A DNA stretch of 64,000 nucleotides from Mesotaenium endlicherianum. Its lineage: Eukaryota. The notes under the pieces were generated by a model. It saw only the letters and a program-made list of their open reading frames with translations. It had not been told where the DNA came from and did not search any database. Location: assembly GCA_009602735.1 (NCBI GenBank), contig WELA01003378.1:127712-191711 (forward strand). Reading direction: 5' to 3'. Below are positions 49,063 through 61,743 of this stretch, piece by piece. How positions within the stretch are numbered: the stretch's first letter is position 1; the number at the start of each line of letters is the position of its first letter. The position numbers were made by a program, and so were the translations under genes.

Positions 49063-52000
49063 CGTAACGTTTTTGCTGTTCAAGAGGATTTTTTCTCGGT
49101 ATTCAAAAAATATTTTATTGAAGTGGAAAGAAAATCTATATACTTGTGCGCATTGACGAATACTTGAAATAGCGGAAATTTTAAAAAAAAGGAAAAATGT
49201 GTGCTTGTGAGAGTTGCACTCACAATGACTCTTGCGAGTATTTATACTTGCAAATCGTGAGACATTGGAGTGCTTCGAGTCACCACCTAGGGCACTGGTT
49301 CATGTTCGACGAAAACGGTCAAAGGGGTACGACCCATTTGGCCGAATGCTCGAAATGCACCGTTTGGCGGTTTGGAGACTTTCCGACGGTTTCCGAAAAA
49401 TCCTTTCACGCCAAACGGGCGTTTTTGCGTTCGCGCGACTTTTGAAAAGTCGCAACCGGTCGCGGAGTCGCGTACACCTCCTTTCGTCATGAACCGGGAG
49501 CTATAAATAACTACTTCGCCAATCGATTAGCTGTGAACGTTTCAAACGACGAGTCGCGGGTTCGAATCCGCTCGGATGCAAAGTCGCTTTGCATATTATG
49601 TGTCGTTTGACTTTTACGACTGTTTCTTTGTTTTAACGACTGGTCGTAAATGTGAAATCTATGACTGTGCATTATCCAAAATAATGACAATCATATCAAC
49701 TTCTTGAATCCGAGATATATTAAGTTATCATCTCATAATTAATCAAAGTAACTTTATGAATAATTATGTCGTACTTTTGCGAAGTAGTCGAGTTACGTTA
49801 CGACGCTTTTTGCAATAGTATCTCGGTTGTTTCGCCAATCGGTCAGGAATTAATCGGCACACGCGAGTGGCGAATATTTGAATAAGATGCAATTATTTAT
49901 CAAATAATATGATAAATAGTATAACGTACTTTAGGTAATTGGGAAAACGTCCCAAATACGCCTACAATAGCTCGGGTCGTTACACTCCTCCTCCCTTAGA
50001 AGAACTTAACGTCCTCGTTAAGCGTACGTCTTTGAAGTCTGTATGTGTCAATACTAGCCTTGACTAGCGGAAAACATTGGTGAGCGACTGGACTATGCAT
50101 CATCACAGTGACGGAAAAGAGCGATTAGTTGGCCGCTTCTCTTTTGCGTTTGTTCCTTGGCTTACGAATTGGCCCGGGTAGCATACTGCCCGTGGGACAA
50201 AGCTGTTGAGCGGCAGCCCATCGTAACCAATATTGTTGAACCAGGTCCTTACAGTTAAGTAGGATTTTGTCATGAGGTTTGTACGAGTTCCAACTGGAAT
50301 CGTAATCAAGCCACTTTATCAAAAGCTCCACGCGTGGAGGCTTATGACGAGTGTAGCGGTGTCCTAAGACCTCCTCTACATCCCAGGCCTTATCATCATC
50401 GGCGAGTTCCAATTCCGGTGCTTGCGGCTGATAGCGGCCATCGGACCTAAACAGCTTAAGTAAACTGACATGGAACACAGGATGCGTTTGCCCCAAGGAT
50501 TTAGGCAACTCCAGTCGGTATGCAACAGGTCCAACCTTTGCAATACCGATAAAAGGGCCTACCCAACGACGCAGAAGCTTGCGCTTTCCTGGGTGCTTGA
50601 GTTGTACGTTTTCACTTTGCAAAAGTACTTCATTGCCAACTTGAAAACTTAACTCAGTCTTGTGCGTGTCAGCAAACGTTTTCTGTCGGTTTCGAGCAGC
50701 GGCCAAGGCCAACTTCGCGGTTTTGTGCACCTCTTGAAGAGAATGGACAAATAGGTGTGCACTTGGTACTCTCATGGTTGACATCCCCATCTTACCAAAA
50801 ACCGCGCGTGTCAGGGGAGTGTGCGAATGTCGTCCATAGTTAAGGAAAAATGGAATTTCCTTAACACTTTCCTGACAAGCATTATTAACTGCGAACTTTG
50901 CAACTGAAAGGAGGGTGTCTCAGTTGTCTTGGTGAGGTTTCACATAATGCCTAAGGAACATTTGCAGATGACGGTTCAGTCACTCTGTCTGACCATCGAT
51001 CTGAGGATGGAAGCTAGTTGACATCTGAAGGTTCGTGCCAAAATGCGAGCAAACTTCTTGCCAGAAGTGGCTCGTAAATCGACTATCACGATCGCTTATG
51101 ATCTCTTTAGGCATACCATGTAACTTGAACACGTGATCCACGAAGAGACGCGCGGCCTCGACTGCATCAAGTGATGGTTTAGTGGCCACAAAGTGTACCA
51201 TCTTGGTGAAACGATCCACGATTGTTAGCACCCCACTGTGTCCTCTATCGGTGGTAGGCACTACAACGACAAAGTCGAGGCTTATGCTTTCCCAAGGAGC
51301 ACCTGCAAGTTCCAATGGTTGCAACTTCCCAGCTCGCAACGTATTGCTCGGCTTATTCCTCTGACATATTGCGCAGTTGACGATGTACTCAGCAACATCA
51401 ACCTTGAGGGACGGCCAAATGTACCCTCGGCGCAAAGCGTGTGTGGTTTTGGTAATTCCATGGAGACCTGAGTAAGGAGAGTCATGGGCTTCTCGTAGTA
51501 GCTCATGTCTTACTCGGCCTTCTGGGACAAGAATGCGCCCATTGTGCCACCAAAACCCGTCCTCAAACAAATAGTCTGAGTGTTCTTTGCTTTTATCCAT
51601 ACTGTCCATCGTCACGGCTACACCGCTCAAGTCAGTACCCTGGAGATCTAGGAAAACGGATCTTTGAGATGGCCCTCATGAAATAGTTGATGCGGGTCTA
51701 GTACTTCAGAGGTTTGCATGCTACCCAAATTGGGTTGGCCCGCGTCACCAGGCCGTGCCACGCCAGTCGTCTGGGGGGGTACAGCAGAATCAAGGGTGGC
51801 CGCCCTTGAAACCTGACCGTTTCGTCCTTGTAAATTAGCAACAGTCCCCAACATCAAGTGGTGAAGGGGAATTTGACTTAGAGGGTCCGCAACATTATTG
51901 CGACCAGGGTGATACGCCTAGGTAATGTGGAATCGTTGCAAGAACTCATACCATCTCGATCGGCTAATGAAAGAGGTGGCGCATTAGTGAGTGAATACTT

Positions 52001-53452
52001 AATGAGCTCGAACGCAATCTGCGTATTCCCATTCCAAATGAACGTCTCATTTTCTTGGTTAGAGCAGTGAGTGGCGCGGCCATCACTGAATAACCATGCA
52101 TAAACTTACGAAAGTAGTTAGCAAACCCAAGGAATGAACGTACAATATGCACATCTTTCGGGACAGGCTAATCTGCGACACACGCAATCTTGGCTGGGTC
52201 AGGGTGCACCCCTTTCGAACCCACTATATGTCCGAGGTACAACAGTTCATCCTTCAGGAAGGTACATTTCTTGAGCTTTGCATACAGAAGTTGCTCACGA
52301 AGGATTTGCAACACCAATTCAAGGTGCATGTAATGCTCGTCCTTGTTCTTTGAATAGACCAGGATATTGTCGAGGTAGACTTGGACAAATTTTCCCAAGT
52401 ACGGTCGAAACAAATCGTTCATCGTGCTTTGGAATGTCGCGGGTGCATTGGTAAATCTAAAACTTAGGACTTTGTATTGGAAATGTCCAATAGGCGTCCG
52501 AAATGCTGTCTTGGGTACATCCTCTGGTGTGATTTGTATCTGATGATAGCCTTGGGCTAAATCAAGCGAGGAGAACACGCATGCCCCCTTCAGCGAATCA
52601 AACAAGTCATCAATGCGAGGTAACGAATAGCGGTTCTTGACCGTTATGTTATTCAAAGCACGATAATCAATGCACATCCTGAGCGCCCTATCTTTGTTTT
52701 GAACAAATAGGTTGGGGGCCCCAAATGGTGAAGAGCTCGGCTTAATCCATCCTTTCTCAAGCACATCGCTAATTTGGTCCTTCATTTCGTTCATCTCCAA
52801 CGGACTGAGGCGATGAATCGGTTTCCAAGTCGGTTGATAATTGGGAATGAGAGGAATCGTATGTCCAATACCCCTATTAGGCGAAAGCCCGGTTGGTATT
52901 TCACTTGGAAACACTGATTTGTACTTTTGCAAAAGAGCAGAAAGTTCAGCTGTGAGTTTCTCTTCATGACCAATCACATCCAACACGGGCTCTTCCGTAA
53001 AGAGCTTAGTGGAAGTGACTGGGGAATCAGGTCGCAGTAATCCAAAGGAAACATTTTGACCTCGTTTTGCCAAACGTCTAGCTTGCTTAATGGACAATAG
53101 AAGAGTCTTTGAAGGACTTTCTATGGCCATATCGGGCTTAAGAGACTGGAGAGTAATCTTCCTTGTCCCTTTGCCAACAATGCACGTCTTTTGACGGAAG
53201 TCAAGCAATGCACTCATCTGCGTAAGCCAAGTCGTACCCAAAATTGCATCAATACCAGTGGGCAATTTAGTGACGTAGAATTGTTCGTGGCCGATGTTGA
53301 TTGCACTTTGAGTTGCAACTTGATATTTCCAATAATACAAGCTAACGAGCCATCGCCAAGGCGAAGTTCCTCGTCCTTGAGTGGTGGAATCAACTTCATC
53401 CCTTGTGCAGAACGTGCACTAATGAAGCTCACTGATGCGCCTGAATCAATGC
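49063..53452 (-). mobile_element. 5'-truncated chromovirus C2: 3' LTR 49063-49984, PPT 49985-49997, decayed pol 50125-53452
   Basis: Colinear with C1: protease IDSGASVSFIS, RT YLDNILVYS, integrase, and chromodomain WDVEEVLGHR...LLIKWLDY. Confidence 0.92.
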
Positions 53453-56400
53453 ACTGCTTGGGGGGGCTGCAGGAAACCTTGTTGGACCGGGATCGGTTGG
53501 GCTTGCCCTGCCGGCGTACGCGACTCCCGTCGAACAGCTCGCGGCGCGTGTGGCGGATCGCCACCATCGGTCCATGCAGCAGCGCCAGCAGCAGGCGAAG
53601 CTTGGCATTATGCTGCCCTTATATGGTCCTGGACTTGGAGCTCTTTTGGATCGCATTGACACACTCCTGCAGATGTTTCGTCAGCATTTTCTTGCTAACA
53701 CCCGATCTCGCCAAGATGAGTTGAGGGACTTTGTGCGCTCCACGCGCGAGACCCCTAACATGACCTATCAGCGTTTCCAATAGTTGAGAGAGGATACAAG
53801 CATGTACACGGATGTGACCCAGGCTTGCATTAAGTTCATCAGGACTTTCTTTGCCTCTGCTTCCTTGTTTCAAGCCCTTAATCACCAGCTTGCTCTCACC
53901 GCCATACCCCAGCGAAGTTTTCTCTAGGTTTGTCGGTGGGCTGAGCAAATAAAGATAGTGCAGGCCGCATCGCAAGCCGAGCGTAAACCTGCAAAGGGTG
54001 GAGCAGTGGGGGTACATGTAGTGCAGGTACCTGCTACGTCGACCACTGCCTCCGTCATGGGAGCGGGACCTGCTGCCGCCCCCAAGCGCGTTGTTCCTGT
54101 GTGCGTCTATTGTTGTCAGAAGGGCCACTTGGTGGAGAAGTGTTTCCTCCTTCAGCCACACTTGGCACCCACAGGGTGATCTTTTAAGCCCCAAAAGGGC
54201 ACTGTGCCACCTGCTAGTCTCAGCGGTGCTCCAGCACCTAAGGTGCCATCTTACTACGCTGCCCCCCCTTCTGCGTTTGCGGGTTTCCATCCTGGGGTCT
54301 CGGAATTCCCGTCTCAGCAGCTTTGCGGGGTATCCTTCTCCCTACCCACCAGCTCCCAGTCCATTCCCATCTGCATATCAAGATGGGGTTGCTAACTCTA
54401 ATCCTAACCCTAACCGTAATCTCAATCCTAACCCTAGCCCTAACCCTAACTCTAACTCCACACCTCAGGATTGCTTCATGCGTCAGCCGTTGGCTGCTTT
54501 GCAAGATGGCATGCAAGACATGCATCGTTGCATTGGGTCGCAGCCTAATCTTGTTATTGCTCAGTTCGTTGGTTTGCACCTCCTTCCGCCTCGTGGGCCT
54601 GGCCTCGCCTATCCTTCCTGGTTCTCCAGACCTCCAGACGGCGCATATAAGTGATCAAGCAATAGGTTTCCATGCTGTTCACAGTCGCCGCGTGGCTGCC
54701 CACGAGGTACTTGCCGCACCGGCTGTGGGTCCAGACCACGGGCGGAGAGCTGAGCAATCTGCCCAGCTCCCGCGGTCGTTTGACCTCTTTGAGCCGGACA
54801 AGACCTTAGGACCTGCTCACGCCCGGCTGCCCGTACCAATTTGAGATGCGGTAGTTTGCTCTGCTGATGCAAGTACTTTGGTCATCCTCCCCGACGACGT
54901 TCCAGCGGCCCAGCTGGAGGCCCAGTTGGTGCGTGACAACCTGCGCGCGGCGGCGGCTTCTGTCGAGCGCAATTTGCTGGTGCCCCCTTCGTATGCACAA
55001 GTGGTGGCGGACCTGCCTCTACCCTCTAGCCCGCCGCGACCGGCGACGTCGCCCCGTGCACACACAGGATCATTCCCTACAACGTTGGCGGTGGTGGAGG
55101 CAGACGCCGCTTCGGCAGTCCCTACCCCAACAGACCCGGTGGTGGTGCCTTCTTCTCAAGACGATGCCCAGGTGGTTTTGAGTCCTCCCAGGGAATTACT
55201 GCCGTCGACGGCTGAGCATTTGCCTTACACTGTCACCTCCTGTATCGGTCAGGTAACTTATGCCCGGCGTGGTGAGGAGTTCCTTCTTTCTTCACCGCCG
55301 GGGTCAGTAGGTTTCCGTGCTTCGAGTGCTCCTGACCAGCTACTGCCTCGCGCGACTCTTACGGTCCCGACTCCGACGCCCGTTGTTCCTCGTCCCGCAT
55401 CGTTCATTCCTCCGCCTGCTTTGCAGTTACGAGGTGGTGCACTGCTCCCTCCATCCCTGCTCACTGTGACTTCTGCAGCTCTAACGCAGGAACAAGACAA
55501 GTTCACGTGCGAGCTCCTCCCCCGGCGTCCGCGAGCCGTCGTCCCACCGGTGCCAGCTCCTCCCATGCCTCCAGCGGTGTCCACCAGTCGTCCACCGGCG
55601 CCCACTCTGGCCGCCTGCCTCGCGGGGTCTTGTCCGTTGTCGGCATCGACGTTGTTGCCAGGTGGGTTGTCCCCTGTTGCTCCTTCTTTCACCCCTTCTT
55701 CATTAAAGGGTCCGCTCCTCCTCAGGTTAGTTTCGTCCCCTTCCTTCCTCACCCCTCTCGAACGGCAGCGTGCATTGCCTCGTAATGTCATGCTTGACAA
55801 CTACCATGCCTGTCTCCTCACTGCAGGTTTGGCTCCTCGTGTGGTCATCCTTGATACGGGCGCTCAACCGGTCCTCTTGGGTGCAGTCATGAGTCGACAC
55901 CTTAACATCACCGCAGCCGATCTCGAGCCCTGCCCAAACCCCATCTCTACCGCCATATTTTCTTTAAATCACATTGCATATCAAACCTGTCGTCGCATCC
56001 CTATCTCCCTCAATGCCCACACTCCTGCCGCTGTCCTCCTCTACGCCCAATGCATGGTTACCGAGTCCACCGCTTATGATATCCTTCTGGGCCAGGAATT
56101 TAACTTACCCATTGGGCTCACTATTGACTTATGGCAAGGGATCGCTACGTATCGAGTTGACTTCAAATCTCTGGGTCACCATTTGGGTTACCTTCCCCTC
56201 ATACTTACCCATACATCTTCTTCCCTTGCGTGCCCCGTGGCCGCTGCTTTCACAGTTACCCTCCATTTTTTTTAGCCTCAGGAATCTCACCGATCCTTCC
56301 TATCTCCTCCTCTTTGACTTTGAACCTGATTCTCTTCCTGTATGTTCTGCTCAACCTATCCTACCTCCCCCATTACCACCCTACACTAATCTTTTTGCTA

Positions 56401-56515
56401 CCCTCTAGCAAATCCACGCAGCCTTACACTGTCCCTCTCCTCCTTCTGTGGTCTCTCCCTGTGCTCCTTCCACTTTATCTCCCACACCCTCTCTCCCGGT
56501 TGTTAACACTACGTC
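53453..56515 (+). mobile_element. Fragment of another LTR retrotransposon (family E): gag with zinc knuckle, long Pro-rich linker, aspartic protease
   Basis: CVYCCQKGHLVEKC at about 54100; VILDTGAQPVLLG...YDILLGQEF in ORF 54878-56275. Confidence 0.75.
54392..54457 (+). repeat. Degenerate (CTAACC)n hexamer array, about 11 units, TTAGGG telomere-like
   Basis: CTAACT CTAATC CTAACC CTAACC ... CTAACC CTAACT CTAACT. Confidence 0.8.
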
Positions 56516-57536
56516 TGTAGTGATTTGAGTTATTGTATATTAGTTTGCATATATTTCAATGTTTTCAAATATATTTGGAGTAGTATTGTGTGGATTCAAG
56601 TGTGAATAGGTACTCTAGTGACTTGGTTCATGTCCTTTGAACCTTCTAAGGCATTTTTGAAGTTAGAGGAAAGACCTAGAAGAACTCCACGTGGCAAAAG
56701 TCAAATGTGCCATTTTTAGCTCAAAAGGACATGTGTACATTATTCTAGAAAGAGGTGGCAAGTTTTGGGATGTGTTGGGTGCTGTAATGAATCAGTATAT
56801 TGGTTGACATAATATTCATTTACATAATATAGTTAAATAAGTTCAGCCTGCTGAACTCTAGTTAATGATCAGTCTGCTGGACTTTATAGTTAATAGCAGT
56901 TTAATGACTCGGCCGGATGTAGCAGGCTGGTGTCACCTTAAGTCAGCTTGCTGACACATTCTTTGTCAGCCAGCTGACTTCCGTACTCGGTAGCAGCAAA
57001 CTGCCTCGGTATGCATCTAAGTGTGGAATGCTAGATGAATGGCCAGATGACATCCCTATGATGGATGGCGATTCGGGATGATGGGAGATGGCAGTGGATT
57101 TGGTTAACCGAGGTCCTACCAACGTGGTTAACTCCCGGGTAGGCGGTGCCATCGCACTGGCCGTTGAACAGTAAACTCATTCCATGTACATATGCTAGGC
57201 CTTGCTCTCGAGTCCGGCATACGGAAACGAGGCCAACTCTCTTGTACAGCTTACTGAGAGCAATCTGAATCCAAGGCGAGAAGCCATGGATACGCACTGT
57301 CTTCTAACCTTGCTTATGTATGAGTTTACTGATTGCATTGTCCATGCTAGTTCACTCGCATTTGACTTACGAGTATTACTCACTGCTAGTGTGTTGTCCT
57401 TTGCCGTTTAACCAGTTAACGGAAACTACCATAAAGATTACTTGCAAATATAAAGATCTTTATTAATTGTTAATTGTTTATTTGGTAAGTCAATTCATTT
57501 CAGTGGTATCGGAGCAGTTATCACAGTATTCTTTGT

Positions 57537-59014
57537 ATGGTAAGGACAAGGTCTCAAACTAGCAACTCCCGAGACATGGAGAACAAGGATAACGAGAATG
57601 TCGAAAACCAGGGGGAAAGCCATGTAGCGGGAAACTGTACCTATTCTGAAGCAGTAGCAAATATTGCAGCTAGGGAGGCTGCAGATGAGGCAGTTGCTAT
57701 TGCCGCAGTCGCAGCACAGCAAGCTGAGGAGGAGAGAGCCAGGCTAGAAGCTGAACAATTAGCAAAGGCCGCTGAAGATACAGAAAGGAGGGAAAGACAG
57801 CCAGCTGACGAGCGCACTGTCGAGGAACTTATGGCATCAAGGGCCAATGTTTTGAACGCACCTCCTGCTGTACAACTCAATGTACCCCTAGGTCAAATAC
57901 GTGACCGGCTGAATGCGGCAGGAATTGCTGCTGCAAGAGCGAGAGGGACTGTTGAGGACACTACTCAGCGAGTAGAGGTCAATGCTGCTGCTGCATTTGC
58001 TAATCTACCACCCCAGAGTGTAGACTTGGGAGCATTGTTCGTTCAGATGCAGTCGCAAATGGCGACCATGTATCAGTCCCAACAGGAGGACAAAAGAATC
58101 ATAATGTCCCTACTGCGGGACAGAGACCAACTGGGGTCTCAAACCACTAGTGGTGGTGGCCGAGGGCCTAGTAAGCCCAAGCCGAAACCTCCCCAGGAAT
58201 ATGATCCTGAGGGAAACAGAAAATATTACCTGATCAAGTTTCTCGCGGATGTTGAGCAGTGGCTGGAGAACTACCCAGAACTGCAAGATTACGAGAAGGT
58301 CAGGCACACCGGTGCGCTACTGAAAGGCAGTGCCGCAGACTGGTGGCTTTACTGGAAAGGAGAGCGTAAGCTCGGCAACTCGGTGACCCTACGTGGGTAG
58401 AGTTTGTCGAGAAGTTGCATGAGAAGTTTGATGTCATCAACCAGCAGGAGAAAGCTATCTATGCGATGATCTCCCTGAAACTGAAGCAGACCACTTCAGT
58501 TGCTGAGTTTGCTCAAAAGTTCCAGGAGAACATGATGAAGCAGCCCGATTCGCCACAACAGTAGAGGATAGCATACTTCAGGTATGGCTTGAAATCCGAG
58601 GTCTCTGGTCATTTCGCTGAAACGAAGTATGAGAAACTGGCTGACTTGATCCACGATGCTGACGCCTGGGATCAGCAGCAGTTCAATCACAAGCGCCAGA
58701 GTAATGCTTTGGTGTCTAAGATTGTCAAAAAGCCCCACGGTTCCTACAATGCAATTGAAGGAGACCAGGCTAAGGATAATCAGTGTGATGGATATGAGTA
58801 TGAATATAATGCCATACAGTCTAGAGGTAGAGGTGGTCCCTCTCGAGGCGGCTATGGAAGAGGTGGCGGTAGAACTAAGCCGAGACCAGCCTCAGCAAAA
58901 TCCACTTGCTACCATTGTCAGCAGTTGGGCCACTACAGAGAACAGTGTCCAGTCAAGCACCTTCCGAAGGTCGAGAGAAAAGATCAGCCTTTGAAAGACA
59001 GCAACAGTCAGTAA
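57537..59014 (+). pseudogene. Family A gag (frameshift about 58390, internal stop) with zinc knuckle
   Basis: KPKPPQEYD, LLKGSAADWW, LKQTTSV, CYHCQQLGHYREQC. Confidence 0.9.
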
Positions 59015-61419
59015 TCTAGTCTACTGATTGTGAGGATGCTAGAGATAGTGAGTCGTCACTAGCTGCCCTCGTAGCAGGTATTACGGGATCTGCTGAACTG
59101 GATTCACTATGCATGCCTGACAACCAGATAAAGGAGATCATCAGCAATATAGACGTCCAGAGAGTGCACACTTTGGATGCTCTTGTTCCACCTGATGTCC
59201 AACATTTCTTTGAGAAGTGATTGAGAAAAGGGTAAGCCCTCCGGAGCACCATACTGCTGCAAAAATTGTTGCTCAGTACACGGATGTATTTAATATGCCT
59301 CCAGGACTACCCCCTAAGAGGGAAGTAGATCATAGGATTGATCTATTACCTGGGAGTCAGCCACCTTGGCAACGCACGAATGGCTTGTCTTATGTGGAGA
59401 GCGAGGAGTTGAAAACACAGATTGCAGAGCTTGAGGAAAATGGTTATATTTCTACCAGTAAATCACCTTACGGCGCACCCATCCGATTTGTTAAGAAAAA
59501 GGATGGCAGTATGCGGATGTGTGAGGATTACAGAGCCCTGAACAGAATTACAGTAAAGAACAAGTATGCTTTACCCAGGATCAAGGACTTGCTCTATACC
59601 CTGTCAGGTGCTAAGGTGTTCAGTAAGATAGATCTCAAGAGTGGTTATCATCAAATCAGAATTGCTGAGGGGGATGAACATAAGACTGCCTTCCGTACAC
59701 GTTATGGACATTATGAGTTCAACGTGATGCCATTTGGACTGACTAATGCTCCTGCGACCTTCATGGGTGCTATGAATGACATTTTCAGACCTTAGGTGGA
59801 TAAAGTTTTGGAAGGTGTCCTGGATGATATTTTAATTTTCTCTAAAGATGAAGCTCAGCACACTGAACACTTGAAGACAGTCCTGGACACTCTAAGAACG
59901 AATCACTTATATGCTAAAATGAGCGAGTGTGATTTCTTTAAGGAAAGTATTGAATTCTTAGGCCACGTTGTCAGTAAAGAGGGCATCAGTGTGGATCCTA
60001 AGAAAGTCCAGACCATAAGGGACTGGCCAGTACCACAGTCTGTCTCTGAAGTTAGATCCTTCCTCGGGTTGGCTAACTACTATAGGAGATTTATTGAGAA
60101 TTATTCCACAAAGGCCAGTAAACTGACTGACCTTACTAAGAAAGACATCGGGTATGTGTGGGGGGAAGAGCAGCAGGCTGCCTTCCAGACCCTTAAAGAT
60201 GCCCTTTGTTCTGCCCCAGTGCTAGCCGTGTATGACCCCAGCAAACCGGTGCAGGTGGTTACTGATGCCTCTGACTTTGCCATGGGTGCTATTTTGTTGC
60301 AGCCTGCTGACAAAACCACAAAGGATGGTAAGGTACGGCAGGAGTGGCATCCTGTGTTGTATGAGTCTATGAAATTTAATCCAGCGGAGATTAATTACTC
60401 AGTGCATGATAAAGAGCTGCTAGCTATCATTCATGTACTTGAACAGTAGAGAGCATACTTACATGGTAAAGCTTTTAAGGTGATTACAGATCATCTAGCT
60501 CTGACTCACTTTCAGAAGAGTCCAAGCTGTCGAGGAGGGAGAAGCGCTGCAGCCAAATGCTAGAGCAGTTCCAAGTCCAGATCGACTACAAACCAGGGAA
60601 GTTGAATCCTGCTCATGCACTCTCTAGAAGACCTGACTTGCAAGAAAGGAACTTTAGTTAGCATGCTGTAGATAAAGTCCTGTGTGCACTCACTTCACTA
60701 AAGGTGAAAAAGTCCTTCCTTGAACAACTTAGGAAAGCCTACCTTTCTGACCCAACATTTGAGCCCAGCCCCACTACTGGTGTGTGTCGTGCTACTGCAC
60801 TCGGGTATAAGCTTAAGGGAGGGGTCTAGGTGACTGAAACCACTTCAGACAGGCTGAAGCTGGTCATTCCTAATAACTTGGAAATAAGGTTTCTCTTACT
60901 GAGTCAAGCTCATGACAGTCTCCAGGGTGGACATTTGTGGCAGGCCAAAACTGTTGGCAAACTGGCAAAACATTGTCAGTGGGAGGGATTACTCCGGGAG
61001 GTCTTGAAATATGTGCAGTCCTGTGACCAGTGTCAGAGAAATAAGTCTCGGCACACACCAACCGAAGGTCTCTTGCAACCACTGCCCATCCCAGCTGGAC
61101 GCTGGGAAACTATATCCATGGACTGGGTGGTCTCACTACCAAGAACTGCCAACGGGCATGATTCCATACTGGTAGTCGTGGATAAACTGACAAAAATGGT
61201 CATTTTTATCCCCACAACTGTCAAAGTAACTGCACTCGAAACAGCGAGATTGCGAGACTGCACTCGGTCCGTCGATCGTCTAAATATGTCATAAAGTACC
61301 TCATCCGATGGAAGGGTTAGGATGCCTCTGGGGACACTTGGGAATTTAAAGATCACCTGACCAATGCCAAAGGGGCGTTGAAACGGTTCCACCTTCGGGC
61401 GGCTGGGGCACCTCCCTAA
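59015..61419 (+). pseudogene. Family A pol remnant: RT, RNase H, integrase N-terminal half, chromodomain; protease and distal integrase core appear deleted
   Basis: [42 protein letters not shown]. After about 61253 another frame reads YLIRWKG*DASGDTWE...HLTNA. No D-S/T-G protease motif seen. Confidence 0.88.
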
Positions 61420-61743
61420 CAGTCATTTCAGTTGACACGGGAAGGTGACAAGAGGTCCTGTCTCCAAATAAGTTGGAGGGGGATGGGACAGTTAGTGACA
61501 GTTGTGACAGGCAGCCCACCTTTAAAATTAAGTTGGAGGGAGTGGTATTCTCTGATCACCATATTACACACTCAACCGGCGCTCACACTCACTTGCTCCC
61601 TATCTCAATTTTCCCTTATATTCACTCACACCAGGTATTCCACACTAGGAACTCTCCCGATCGCGTTTCTCTTCATCAAGGGCACTCAGTAGCGGCAAAA
61701 TATCATGACTTCACTAACTCCATTGTGTTTATGATTGAGTAGG

